Source: Octopus sinensis
Taxonomy: Eukaryota
NCBI RefSeq assembly: GCF_006345805.1
Contig: NC_043002.1
Coordinates: forward strand, 22,630,001 to 22,694,000
DNA: 64,000 bases
Direction of reading: 5' to 3'
In this document: positions 51,036 through 63,360 of the stretch, in pieces
Numbering within the stretch: the stretch's first letter is position 1
Layout: each line of letters starts with the position of its first letter
Notes under the pieces: model-generated
Seen by the model: the letters and a program-made list of their open reading frames with translations, nothing else
Databases searched by the model: none
What the model was told of the DNA's origin: nothing
Program-made: the position numbers and the translations under genes

Positions 51036-54000
51036 GTGGGAAATTATCGAGTGAATTTTAGGGCTTATAAATCTAATATTCTCCTATCCTTCTTTAATAC
51101 CGGTTCCCATATGCTGTTCATATCTGCACTCGGTCTGCAGATGGTGAAATTGTGAAGACACGCCAGATTAAAAAGGTCAGAGAAGGAAGAATGAAGTACG
51201 TCACCCACCCGTGAAAGCAGTGATTAATAAAAGTAGCCGACATCTAGAAAGCTCTGAAGAAGCAGTACTGAACAAAGGTCTCAACTTTGCAACAACCTTC
51301 AAGCGCATTCCATACTTGGACATAATAGCTCCTATTGAAGAGATAGCTATAAAGATACCAAAAGCTCAGGGAGATGAACTAAAGGGGAAAGTGAGACAGG
51401 TACTAGAAAAAGCGAAACTTCCCAAGCCAAACATCACTAAGGAAGAAACGTTCGCTATCAAAAGACTACAGAGTGACAATTCGATCATAATACTTGCAGC
51501 AGACAATGGAGAATGCTACAGTGGTGATAAACAAGTCTGACTACTCGGAAAAACTGGCAAAGTAAAGACCCTACTTTGAAAACAGAGGGAGAGTTGTCAC
51601 AGATCTTGATCAAGAACAAGGATCACTTTACACCAATGAAGTACAGACGACTGACTCAACACTACAGTAAACTACCACACAAGCACGGTTTTCCTAAGAT
51701 TCACAAGGATGGTATTCCATTAAGAGCTATAGAGAGCTGTAGAGGTTCAGCATGTCATCCACTGAGCCGCTTCCTTGTGGATATAATGAGTCCATTAGTA
51801 GGAAAGCCAACATTGTACGTGAAGAATTCCACCCACTTCACAGAATTGATCAATGATACCCCCATTGCATCCAACCAGATAGTGAGTCTAGATGTGATAA
51901 ACCTGTTCACCAAAGTCCCAACTGGTGAAGCACTATAGGTAATTCAAGAAAAAACTAGTGACTGACACCCATCTAAAAGAACGCAATAGTATAGCACTAA
52001 GAAACTTGATGGAAATGATGACCTTCTGTGTAGAAACTACCTACTTCAGTATGGACACTGATATATATCGACAGAACAGAGGGTTTAGCTATGGGTTCGC
52101 CATTATTACCGATAATAGCAAACATATACATGGAATACTTTAAGAATTTGGCTTTAGGATCAACAGCACTAAAACCAATCCTATGGCTACGATATGTTGA
52201 TGACACCTTCATACTCTGGCCCCACCAGGAAGATGTCCAAGTGCTGTTAGATCATGTGAACTCAATAAAGCCATCCATACAGTTCACAATGGAAAAATAA
52301 AAAGACAATCAGCTAGCATTCCTGGACGAATTAATAACACGCACCAACTATGGATTCAGAACATCCGTATACTGCAAGCCGACCTTCATTGGACGATACC
52401 TCAACTTCAACTCCCACCAGCCATACAGTGTAAAGAGAGGGATTGCTCAGTGCCTAAAACATCGAGCAATGGATATAAGTAACGATCACGAAGTAGCGAT
52501 CATATAAGTAACGATCATGATACCCACCACAAAGAAAGCAACAACTCATTAAGCAACAACTGCCCCAAAAGCATACTCTCCACTCCGGTTAGGAAGAAAA
52601 GAGAGGATGAAACCGATAAACTGTCCACAGTCTGTCTACCCTATGTGAAAGGCCTCTCTGAAAAGATACAAAAGACATGCGGCCCATGACATCAGGACAG
52701 AATTCAAAAGTAATACAACACTTCGCAAATATCTACTTCGAGTAAAACCACCAATAGAAGAGAATATGACCAAAGACTGCGTGTATTCCATCCCTTGCAG
52801 CTGTGGTAGGTTATACAAAGGCGGAACATGCCGCCCCCTCAAAATAAGGGTAGAGGAACATCGCAAAGCTGTGACATGGGGAGATATTGATAAATCGGGT
52901 ATAGCTGATCATGTATGGAAAAATGGAGACCATTTCCTCCTGTGGGATGAAGTTAAAATAATAGACAGAGAACACCACTGGAAAATACGAAAACTAAATG
53001 AAGCAGGACATATGCTAGGACACAACAACCTCCTAAGCAGACCGAGTGCAGATATGAACAGCATATGGAAACCGGTATTAAAGAAGGATAGGAGAATATT
53101 AGATTTATAAGCCCTAAAATTCACTCCATTGTTGCCCACGGGCATATGACGTAGTGGTTAAGAGCGCAAGCTACTAACCCCAAGATTCCGAGATCGACCT
53201 GAATAGTAATAATAATAATGATAATAATAATAATAATCAGAAGAAGAAGAAGAAGAAGACGAAATAATAACAACAACATCGAAAAATACCTTAGGAATGA
53301 GAACCCAGGTTCGAAATTTCCTCAAGATGAAGGCTGGAGGGTATATCAGCCAAAACGTTGTGTTAACAACAAACAAAATGTAAATAATGTACATAATTCC
53401 CCTTCTCTTAAGTATAGAACTGTATCTTAGAGTCTGCTTCTCCTCCGGATTTATGTATTTCAACAATCAATCATGAATTTAGTTCACGGATCCCCAGTAC
53501 TACCTTTGCGGACCACCTGGGGTCCGCGGATCCTAGGCTGGGAACCACTGATCTAAAAAAAGGCGGCGAACTGGTAGAATCGTTAGCACGCCGAGGAAAA
53601 TGCTTAGCGGCGTTTTGTCCGTCTCTATGTTCTGAGTTCAAAATCCACCGAGGTCAATAAAATAAGTACCAGTTGTGTATTAGGGTCAATGTAATCGACT
53701 TAATCCTTCCCCTGAAATTGCTGGCCTTGTGTCAAAAATTAAAACCGATACATCTTTATTCCCATGTCGAGATTTAGATTTAGCTGCTATTTCTAACAGA
53801 CCGAACCTAGAAGCACGTTCGCTGGTTCCTTTGCTTGATGTTTAACCCAAAGTCATCTTCGGCCGAGCAGACCAATATTCAAAGGGGTTCCGGTTGTGAC
53901 CATCCCATCGGTGTATATATGGATGGAAGCACTCCGTCGGTTATGACGACGAGGGTTCCGGTTGATCCGATCAACGGAACAGCCTGCTCGTGAAATTAAC

Positions 54001-54649
54001 GTGTAAGTGGCTGAGCACTCCACAGACACGTGTACCCTTAACGTAGTTCTCGGGGATATTCAGCGTGACACAGAGAGTGACAAGGCCAGCCCTTTGAAAT
54101 ACAGGTACAACAGAAACAGGAAGTAAGAGTGAGAGAAAGTTGTGGTGAAGGAGTACAGCAGGGATCACCACCATCCCCTGCCGGAGCCTCATGGAGCTTT
54201 AGGTGTTTTCGCTCAATAAACACTCACAACGCCCGGTCTGGGAATCGAAACCACGATCCTACGACCGCGAGTCCGCTGCCCTAACCACTGGGACATTGCG
54301 CCTCCACCGGTGTATATATATTTATATCCCAAAACGTGTTTTTCCATTTTTAAGATGCTAGGCACATCAGCGACATCAAGCTCTCTGGTAGCCGAAAAAC
54401 TGCGAAGGTCATGGCCGCCGCCTGAGGGGAAATTCGGTTGCTATCTCAAGCTGGTTGAACGACGGCGGCGTTTGTGTACCTTTATGCGTAGGACTGACTA
54501 CATTATCTAATGTGTTTACACAGCTTTTAACAAAACGATAGGGTAAGAAGAGTCGAAGAGAATTCAGCTGCCATTTCTAGCAAATCAAGTAACCTCGTAA
54601 AAGCCTTGTTGGGTCAATTTCGATGATGGAACTGGGAGGGTAGTTGTTA

Positions 54650-54715
54650 TAGTGAGGTTGATAATAATAGTGGTGCTGATATTGATGATGATGATGATGA
54701 CGATGATGGTGATGT

Positions 54716-54777
<62 letters not shown>

Positions 54778-55700
54778 TGATGATGATGATGTGGTGGTGG
54801 TGGTGGTGGTGGTGGTGGTGGTGGTGGTGGTGATGGTGGTGGTGATGGTGGTGGTGGTGGTGGTGGTAGTAGCCTTGAGAGCAATGGTACTCGTACTAGA
54901 ATGGTGATGGTGATGGTGATGGTGGTGGTGATGTTGACTATTGGGGGTGTTGGTGGAGTTCGTGGTAAATATGATGACGGCGATGAAGAATGGTGGAGAT
55001 GATGGTGATGATGACGTAGCTGTGGGGATGTTGCTGGTGCTAATGGGGCTGGTGATGTTGGTGGTAGTGGCGCGGTGGTGATGGTGGTGGTCGTGGTAGT
55101 GGTGGTCGTGGTGGTCGTGGTGATCGTGGTGGAGCAGTGGTGATGACGATGGCGGTGGTGGTAGTGGTGGTGATTGTCCTGATGGTAGCGGTGGCGTGGT
55201 AGTGATCGTGGTGATGGTGGTGGTGGCGGTAGTGGTGGTAGTGGTGGTGATTGTCCTGATGGTAGCGGTGGCGTGGTAGTGATCGTGGTGATGGTGGTGG
55301 TGGCGGTAGTGGTGGTAGTGGTGGTGATTGTCCTGATGGTAGCGATGGCGTGGTAGTGATCGTGGTGATGGTGGTGGTGGTGGTCGTGGTCGTGGTGGTA
55401 GTGGTGGTCGTGGTGGAGCAGTGGTGGTAGTGGTGGTGATTGTCTTGATGGTGGCGGTGGCGAGGTAGTGATCGAGGTGACGGTGGTGGTGGTGATGGCG
55501 GTCATCGTCGTCGTCATCGTCGTGGTCATCGTGGTGGAGGCCGTGGTGATGGCGATGGCGGTGATGGTAGTGGCGGTGGTCGTCCTGATGGTGGTGGCGG
55601 TGGCGGTAGTGGTAGTGGTGCCGGTGGTGATAGTGGTATAGGTGGCGGTGGTGGTGGTGGTAGATGTAATACTCGAGGTTATGATGATGGCTGTACAGTT
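54650..55700. repeat. (GGT/GAT)n low-complexity tract with a 77-bp higher-order unit
   Basis: GATTGTCCTGATGGTAGC recurs at 55172, 55249 and 55326. Confidence 0.9.
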
Positions 55701-56059
55701 TATGTTTTTGCTAATATTATTGGTACGGGTGGTGGGGTAAAGCAGTGTTTATTGCTAAAGTAATGCTCAGTGTGTGTGTGTGGGGGGGTGGGGGACTTGT
55801 TATTTAGCTCTAGAACCAGTCCAGACCAAGAAGGCTTATTCTACCCGTGATCAACTCCATCTTTCTAAGTGCATCGAGTAGATTAAGTAACGCATTTTCT
55901 CCTCATTCAAGGCAGGGGGAGTGTGATTTGAGAAGAATATGGCTGCTGTTTCTAGCAGGTCGAGCAACCATCTAGAGAGCCCCTGGTTGGCTTGTGGTGG
56001 TAGTAGTGGTGTTGAGCGATCCAGTTGTCTCGATAGGGGACCGGGAGCTGTGATGATGT

Positions 56060-56662
56060 CTTCTTCTTCTTCTTTTTTCTTCTTCTTCTCATCCTCCTCC
56101 TCCTCCTCCTCCTTCTTCTTCTTCTTCTCTTCTTCTTCTTCTTCTTCTTCTTCTTCTTCTTCTTCTTCTTCTTCTTCTTCTTCTTCCAATCAGGGCTCAC
56201 GCCATTAGCCACAATGAACAATCTCTAAGTCGAGCCTACTCTACGCTACAAAGAGTGCGTGTGGCAACTTGAAGATCCACCAACCACACGCGATAGACTG
56301 TCGGTTGCACGGGCGCGAAAGCTACTTTGTGATCCTCATTCCGTAAACGGTGGCTTTTAACGGGTGGCGAGCTGAACTATCCTGGGGTACAGAGGATTCG
56401 CAATCTAGACTAGGGTATGAAAGTTTACCACACCATAGTGGGTTACACTATGGTTACTCTGCTTTGTGGCAGAAGTAGGAAGAAAGAGTGAGAGAAAGTT
56501 GTGGTGAAAGAGTACAGCGGGGTTCACTCCCCCCCCCCCACGCCGGGGCCTCGTGGAGTTTAGGTGCTTTTGCTCCATAAACACTCAATGCCCTGTCTGG
56601 AAATCGAAACCGCGTTCTTACGACCGCGAGTCTGCTGCCTAACCACTGGGCCATTGCGCCTC
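56060..56662 (-). mobile_element. SINE family D head and core with tail type 2, ending in (GAA)n
   Basis: Head/core match 49816-49995; 3' half is unrelated and ends in the (TCT)n run at 56060-56187. Confidence 0.7.
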
Positions 56663-56699
56663 TACTCGGTGATGATGTTGACGATGGTCATGATCACAT

Positions 56700-56726
56700 T
56701 GCCTTCTTTCTCTCTTCCTCTCTGCC

Positions 56727-56769
<43 letters not shown>

Positions 56770-57139
56770 CTCTTCTGTTCTTACCCTCTCCTGCTTCCTC
56801 TCCCTTTCATATTCCACCTCGCCTTCTGACACTGAAGCATCCTTCTTTGCAGCCTCTCTTTCTTCCTTCATCAATCACTCCTCTCACATACTCCTTCACT
56901 TTCTCTCCCTCTTTCTATCTATCCATCTTCCTCTCCCCCTCCCTCTCGTTCTCTCCCTCACTCCACCTCTCTCAAACTTCCCCTTAAATCTTCTCTCCGT
57001 CTGCTTCCCTTGCTCGTCCTCTCTCTCTCTCTCTCTCTCTCCTTCTCTCTCTCTCTCTCTCTCTCTGTCCTCTCAAAACTTTCCGTCAGAACTTCTTAAT
57101 GTCTATTACCTCTTGCTCGCCTTTTCTCTTTCTTCTTTT

Positions 57140-57174
<35 letters not shown>

Positions 57175-57312
57175 TTACACACACACATGCACACACTCAT
57201 TCTCTCTCTCTCTCCCTCTTTCTATCTATCCATCTCCCTCTCGTTCTCCCCGTCACTCCACTTCTCTCAAACTTCCCCTTAAATCTTCTCTCCGTCTGCT
57301 TCCCCTGCTCGC

Positions 57313-57356
<44 letters not shown>

Positions 57357-57363
57357 GCTTCTC

Positions 57364-57404
<41 letters not shown>

Positions 57405-57600
57405 CTCTCAAAACTTTCCGTTAGATCTTATCAATGTCTATCACCCCCTGCTCGCCTTTTCTCTTTCTCTCTCTCTCTCTCTTTTCTCTCTCTCTTTCTC
57501 TTTCTCCTCCTCTCTCTTTCTCTTTCTCCTCCTCTCTCTCTGTTCTTTGTCTCTTCACTTTTATCCCTCTCGCTATCTCATTCACACGCACAGACCTTAC
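56700..57600. repeat. ~900-bp polypyrimidine/(CT)n tract with an internal ~300-bp duplication
   Basis: CAAACTTCCCCTTAAATC block at ~56974 and ~57269. Confidence 0.9.
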
Positions 57601-57652
57601 CTTCTCTGCATTGTCCACTTTCACTAATTGCCTTTCGTTTACCTCCACCCAG

Positions 57653-57862
57653 GCTGCCCAACAAGAACAACAGCAGCAAGAAGATCGTGTGAAAGAAGCC
57701 GAAATAGATATTGTCCATCCGATTGTTTGGACAGAAACACCCAGTCACGATGCTCTGACCAACTTCAAACTGAAACTGTTGCTCACCTTACGGAAAATCC
57801 TCGTCGGAGAAATTTCATGCACAGAGTTTAACTCCACCAGTGCTTTACTGAATCTCACCGAG
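57653..57862 (+). CDS. Unknown gene, exon B (AAQQEQQQQEDRV...SALLNLTE)
   Basis: Branch-like cactaat, acceptor ctccacccag|, donor GAG|gtaaga, 210 nt, phase 0-0, open. Confidence 0.75.
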
Positions 57863-59085
57863 GTAAGAATTCGACCTCAGAAGTTAAATAACGTATTAAT
57901 GTTGTGCTGTGAAGGCGCATGGCTTTGTAGGTAGAGCGACGAGCTCACAATCATGAGGGAGTGCGTTCGATTCCCGGACTAGGCTGTGTACTGTGTTCTT
58001 GAGCAAGTTTATTTCAATCACTCCAGTTCATTCAGCTGTAGAAATGAGTTGTGACGTCTCTGACCCCAAGATGTATCGGCCTTTATCTTTCCCTTGGATA
58101 ACATCGGTGACGTGGAGAAGAGAGGCTGTTATGCATGGTTGATTGCTTGTCTTCCATAAACAACCTTGCCTAGACTTGAGCCTCGGGGGGCAATTTCCTT
58201 GATGCAATCCCATGGTCATTCATGGCCGAAAGGGGTCTTTACCCCTCACCTCTTTACCTTTTACAATGTTATACTGGTGTCAAAATATGATGTGACTGAA
58301 AGCGGCGAACTGACAGAATCTTTAAGGCGGCGACCTGGCAGAAACGTTAGCGCGCCGGGCGAAATGCTTACCAATATTTCGTTTGCCGCTACGTTCTGAG
58401 TTCAAATTCCGCCGAGGTCGACTTTGCCTTTCATCCTTTCGGGGTCGATTAAATAAGTACCAGTTACGCACTGGGGTCGATATAATCGACTTAATCCGTT
58501 TGTCTGTCCTTGTTTGTCCCCTCTGTGTTTAGCCCCTTGTGGGTAGTAAAGAAATAAGAATCTTTATTGCGCTGGGGAAATGCTTAGCCGCATTTCGTCC
58601 GCCGGGTTTGACTTTGCCCTTTATCCTTTCGAGGACGACAAAACAAGTTGAGCACTGAGATCAATGTGATCGACTTAACCCCTCTCCCGACATTGCTGGC
58701 TTTGTGCCAGTATTTGAAACTATTATATGATGTGACCACAGGTGGCGAGATAGCGGATTTGTTAATGCGCTGGGCAAAAATCCTTTCCTACATTTCGTCC
58801 GCCTTTACTTTGAGTTCAAGTTCTGCCGGGTTTGACTTCGGTTTTCATCCTTTCGGGGTCGATGAAATAAGTACCAGTTGAAAACTGGGGTCGATGTGAT
58901 CGACTTAACCCCTGTCCCGAAATTGCCGGCCTTGTGTCAATATTTGAAACTGATATATGATGTAAACGAAGTAAGGTGAGTTGGGGATGAATAAACAAAG
59001 CGAAAACAACGGTTTGTTGTCTAAATGTTTATTGTTGTGTTTCAAGAACGAACATCAACAGCAGTTGTGGAAACATTTGATAGGA

Positions 59086-59127
<42 letters not shown>

Positions 59128-59448
59128 TGCGTGTGTGTGTGTGTGTGTGAGTGTGAGTGTGTGTGTGTATGCATGTACGGGTATATAGCGGTATTTGATG
59201 ACATTTCTCTGATCATTCTGTGTTTTTGTAAAGAAAGCATGGTATTTCTAAAAGCAAAGCCAGTCCAGATGTGACCATCCCATCGGTGCACATAGAAATA
59301 CGTTATAAGATATGTTCCTCTTAGACAGTGAGATGTGATTTGAGGGAGCTTTACCTCTTGTTTCTAATACGACGATGGCTTGTGCTTGAATTGTTGAAGA
59401 CTGTGATGGTGTGTTTAAAAGTAAGTTATTTGTTTTATATGACACCAG

Positions 59449-59637
59449 GTGAGAGAGATTCTGGAAAAGCAAGCGAAATCAAAAGAAGAAAAAATATTGG
59501 ATTCGGGGTCAATCAAGGCTATCTATGAGATTGTGAATGAAGTGATACCGCCAACACGAGAATTCATGGCAAACTTATCGGAAGCCATCGAGCGTGATTT
59601 ATCTGATCCGATAATGTGTCCTCCCTATGACAAGCTC
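59449..59637 (+). CDS. Unknown gene, exon C (VREILEKQAK...CPPYDKL)
   Basis: Acceptor tttatatgacaccag|, donor CTC|gtaagt, 189 nt, phase 0-0, open. Confidence 0.75.
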
Positions 59638-59666
59638 GTAAGTATAACGAAATATTAATGCGAGTA

Positions 59667-60187
59667 CCGTAAATCCCCGAGTATAGTCCGCCCTTGAGTA
59701 TAATACGCAGGGGATTTTTAGGAGGCTGTACCTCTGAAAAACCTAAACCTTGTGTATAATACGCACCCCTTCTCTAACTTGAATCAAGGAGGTCTATATA
59801 ACGTCCTTGGTTTGTAAAAATGTATACGGTAACGTCCTTTATTATTATTGTATATATAACATAATGAAAACGTGTAGCTTCTTTGTGCATTTTGTTTGCA
59901 GAAAATAAAGAAATAACAGTAATTACAGTAATAACGTTTAATAAATGTTGCTTATTGCAAGTTATGGATGATTCTTTTATGACTTCATTGCTTCAGGCTT
60001 AGCTTAAGGTATTTTCGTGGCCAACATCACAAAATGCGTCTGAATAAACATTGCCAGATAGCAAATAGAGACTCGGACATTGCTTAGAAAATAATTTTCA
60101 TTTTCAACCTCGTATATAGTGCACACTAGGGTAATTTTGACCTTCAGATTTTGGGAAAAAATGCGGATTGTACTCGAGGATTTACGG
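59667..60187. mobile_element. ~520-bp TA-flanked MITE (Tc1/pogo superfamily)
   Basis: TA-CCGTAAATCCCCGAGTATAGTCCGC ... GCGGATTGTACTCGAGGATTTACGG-TA. Confidence 0.8.
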
Positions 60188-60284
60188 TATATGTGGTGGT
60201 GGTGGTGGTGGTGGTGGTCATAATGTTGTTGTTGATGATGATGATGATGATGGCGCTAATGATGATGACATTTTTGATTTCTAG

Positions 60285-60404
60285 ATCTCTGAACTTCCCA
60301 AATTTGAATCATACATGAAGAACATGGTTAAAATCAAGGCACATATTGAAAAGAACGGTGGCGTAGAACAAGTCGACAACATGTTGAATCTGGTTTGTAG
60401 TTAG
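60285..60404 (+). CDS. Unknown gene, exon D (ISELPKFESYMKNMVKIKAHIEKNGGVEQVDNMLNLVCS*)
   Basis: Acceptor tttttgatttctag|, phase 0, open to TAG at 60402-60404; possible donors at 60393 (gtttgt) and 60436 (gtaagt). Confidence 0.7.
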   Translation: MSELPKFESYMKNMVKIKAHIEKNGGVEQVDNMLNLVCS

Positions 60405-60540
60405 TTTCGCGTTACAGCTCATCGAGGCATTTGCCGTAAGTAAATATTCAGGGTAGGCAGTAGGCATTTCATAAAGCGAATTAAAACAAATGGCTTTATC
60501 TCTTTGAGACATTTTTTTTTTTTTTTTTATTCTTTCGTTG

Positions 60541-60856
60541 AGGCGGAATGGCCCAGTGGTTAGGGCAGCGGATTCGCGGTCGGAGGATCGCGGTTTCGAT
60601 TCCCAGGCCGGGCGTTGTGTGTGTTTATTGAGCGAAAACACCTAAAGCTTCACGAGGCTCCGGTAGGGGGTGGTGGCGACCCCTGATGTACTCTTTCGCC
60701 CCAACTTTCTCTTACTTTCTCTTCCTATTTCTTGAGTAACGCAGCGATGGACTGGCGTCCCGTCCAACTGGGGAGTGGGGAGACATACGCCATAGAAACC
60801 GGGAAACCGGACCCATGAGCCTGGCTAGACTTGAAATGGGCGCATAAATAAATAAA
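60541..60856 (+). mobile_element. SINE family D head and core with tail type 3, ending in (TAAA)n
   Basis: Head/core match 49816-49995; tail GATGGACTGGCGTCCCGTCC...GAAACCGGGAAACCGG resembles tails at ~12665-12735 and ~17065-17135. Confidence 0.75.
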
Positions 60857-61734
60857 TTTATTTCTTTCAATCATTGGACTGCGGCCACGCTGGGGCATTG
60901 CTTTGATTTGTGTCGTCAAACAATTCGACCCCAGTGTTCATTTTATGTTTGATAGTTATGCTGGTAGTTTGTTTTGGCGTAGTGTCAAGTTACAGGGTCA
61001 TAAACAAACCAATGCCGCTCACCAAGCGCTGAGAGATGAGCTCATATACACACACACACACATATACATACAACATACATACATTCACACACATATATGC
61101 ACGCATGTATGTACGTATGTATACATGCATGTGTGTATGTGTATATGTATGTATGCATACATGTGTGTGTGTGTGTGTGTGCGTGTGACTCTGTGAACTG
61201 ATACTGCTCGGCCATCCTATGCAAATATACATGTATATTCAAAACCAGTCGATGGGCTTCAGCATAATTTCCGAAACTAATGTGGACAACACTTGCCCGA
61301 AGATCCACGCCGTGCGCTTCCAAAATGAACTTTGCCATGTTTGTCTATATTGTATATTATTCCACACAAACACTAACGCCCTTTCTTCTTTTTATTCTCA
61401 TCTACAGCTTGTACTAAAACCTTATGACCCGTTCTCAGGTATGTGAATACTGCTACTCTATTCTATCTGTATTTTTATCTTGTTTCAGTCATTGGACAGT
61501 AGTCAATTTAAGGCACAATCCACCCAAGTGTCTGTGGCTTTTAAAGTCTGACGCTTATTTTATCGGGCTCTTTTGCCAAACAACTGAGTTATGAGGGCGT
61601 AAAAAAGAAACCAACACCGTTTGTCAAGTGGTGTAGAGACAAAACAGAAACACGTACACACTTATACGTATATAAACAGAAACACGTGCACATACATACA
61701 TACATACATAATACATACATACATACATACATAT

Positions 61735-61810
<76 letters not shown>

Positions 61811-61814
<4 letters not shown>

Positions 61815-62063
61815 GTGTAGGAAGAAATGGAGCTGAACGAAGATTTAACAAAATTCCTTTTTATTATTTTCTACATATGTTTCAAAGGCTGCAAAGTCCC
61901 TAATTCGGATTGAATAAGAAGACCATTCCTGAAGAGAAGGCTACAAAATGGTCTCCTTATTCAATCCGAATTAGGGACTTTGTAGCCTTTGAAACATATG
62001 TAGAAAATAATAAAAAGGAATTTTGTTAAATCTTCGATCAGCTCCATTTCTTCCTACACTAAA
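61811..62063. repeat. Near-perfect palindrome (117-bp arms, 19-bp spacer) containing a hammerhead core
   Basis: 61811-61927 vs 61947-62063, about 3 mismatches; CTGAAGA at 61929-61935, 12-bp stem II, GAAACATATGTA at 61991-62002. Confidence 0.9.
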
Positions 62064-62211
62064 TATATAAACTTCAAATTTCCGCACAAAGGCACGGGTT
62101 TGAGACCCCATGGTCGTAACCTCAACCGTGATTTTTCTGTTGTGATTTTTGCTACCCAGGTATCGGTTATCTTTTGAATAATCCGTAACAAGATAATTCA
62201 TTTATCCATTT

Positions 62212-62250
<39 letters not shown>

Positions 62251-62603
62251 GAGCAAAACGCACTCCTCGTTCAATGGACGGTGCTGAGTTGTCAAACATT
62301 TAAGCCAAATTTTCTCAAAACAACTTGTCCGAGCATCCCATAGGCCTCCTCTTTGAGAAACACTGATTTAACCTAAATTTGAGATTACCAGCAAAAGAAG
62401 AAATAAAGACAGGCTTTTTTTCTATTCCAAAGAAACCAAATAGTCTTTCCTTCCTTCATGCCAAGTTTGAAGAAAATATCTCTTTTGTATCCTTTTTGGT
62501 CTCTTAAATATACTGCATTTTGTGGCATTATTTCAAGCCAGTCGGCTTTTTTTGCGCACACACACAGACAGAATGGATTTTATATATGTATATATATGTA
62601 TGT

Positions 62604-62677
<74 letters not shown>

Positions 62678-62700
62678 GGGATAAAGAGAGCGAGAGAGAA

Positions 62701-62769
<69 letters not shown>

Positions 62770-63360
62770 TCATGATGCATCTGTGTAGTTACTGGTAGAA
62801 AATTAGCGTGTGAGAACTACCACAGTATAAAAAGAAACAGAGATAAGTTGTTGAAGTTTTACCATGAAAGCGATAGACAGAAACTAACGAAAGATAGAAT
62901 GATATAGTAATTGTTTCATTAGAGCGTTTGCGTACCTTTGGTGGGTTGGCAGAACTGTAAGAGCATCAGAGCGGACGCCTTGCAGTATATGTTTGCGTTC
63001 TGAGTTCAAATCCCGCTAAGGCCTATTTAGGTGGGAGGTTTAACTCATCGAGCGGCTTAACACCCCTGCTTGGTATCATGAAAGCCTTTGGAAAAGTTTA
63101 TTTTGTTGCAAGCATTTGGATCATGTTTCCGGTTTATAGAACCCTTTTTTTTCTTCTCAACCGCCAGTTTCGGAACCCTGTAAGTATCCAGGGAAACTAC
63201 TCCACCACCACTACAAAAATAACACAAATAACATAAAATTAATTACTCATATTAATTCTTGTTACTTCTGTTATTGATGATACTGAAGATGGTGGTTTTT
63301 GTTTTACTGCTTGTAAATTTATTACTAATCTAATGGATTTATTTGTCTCTTTACTTTAAG

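Larger units (their letters stand above)
50770..53430 (+). mobile_element. Penelope-like element (Poseidon-type RT plus GIY-YIG) with an inverted terminal repeat
   Basis: LNKGLNFA, HGFPKIHKDGIP, SLDVINLFTKVP, MGSPLLPIIANIYME, WLRYVDDTF, CVYSIPCSCGRLYKGGTCRPLKIRVEEH; ORF broken by frameshifts. ~50780-51136 is the reverse complement of ~53038-53400. Confidence 0.92.
50512..53550. mobile_element. hAT/Charlie-like shell hosting a MITE and the Penelope element
   Basis: TIRs CAGTGGTTCCC / GGGAACCACTG; flanking 8-mers CTCTATGA and ATCTAAAA (5/8 identical, both NTCTANNN). Confidence 0.5.

Noticed and set aside
54585-55529. 314-aa His/Thr/Pro-rich ORF
   Set aside because: Translation of the (GGT/GAT)n low-complexity tract; non-ATG start and no splice support.
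56564-57692. Ser/Leu-rich ORFs of 197-286 aa
   Set aside because: (CT)n repeat translations; only the part from 57653 onward is a plausible exon.
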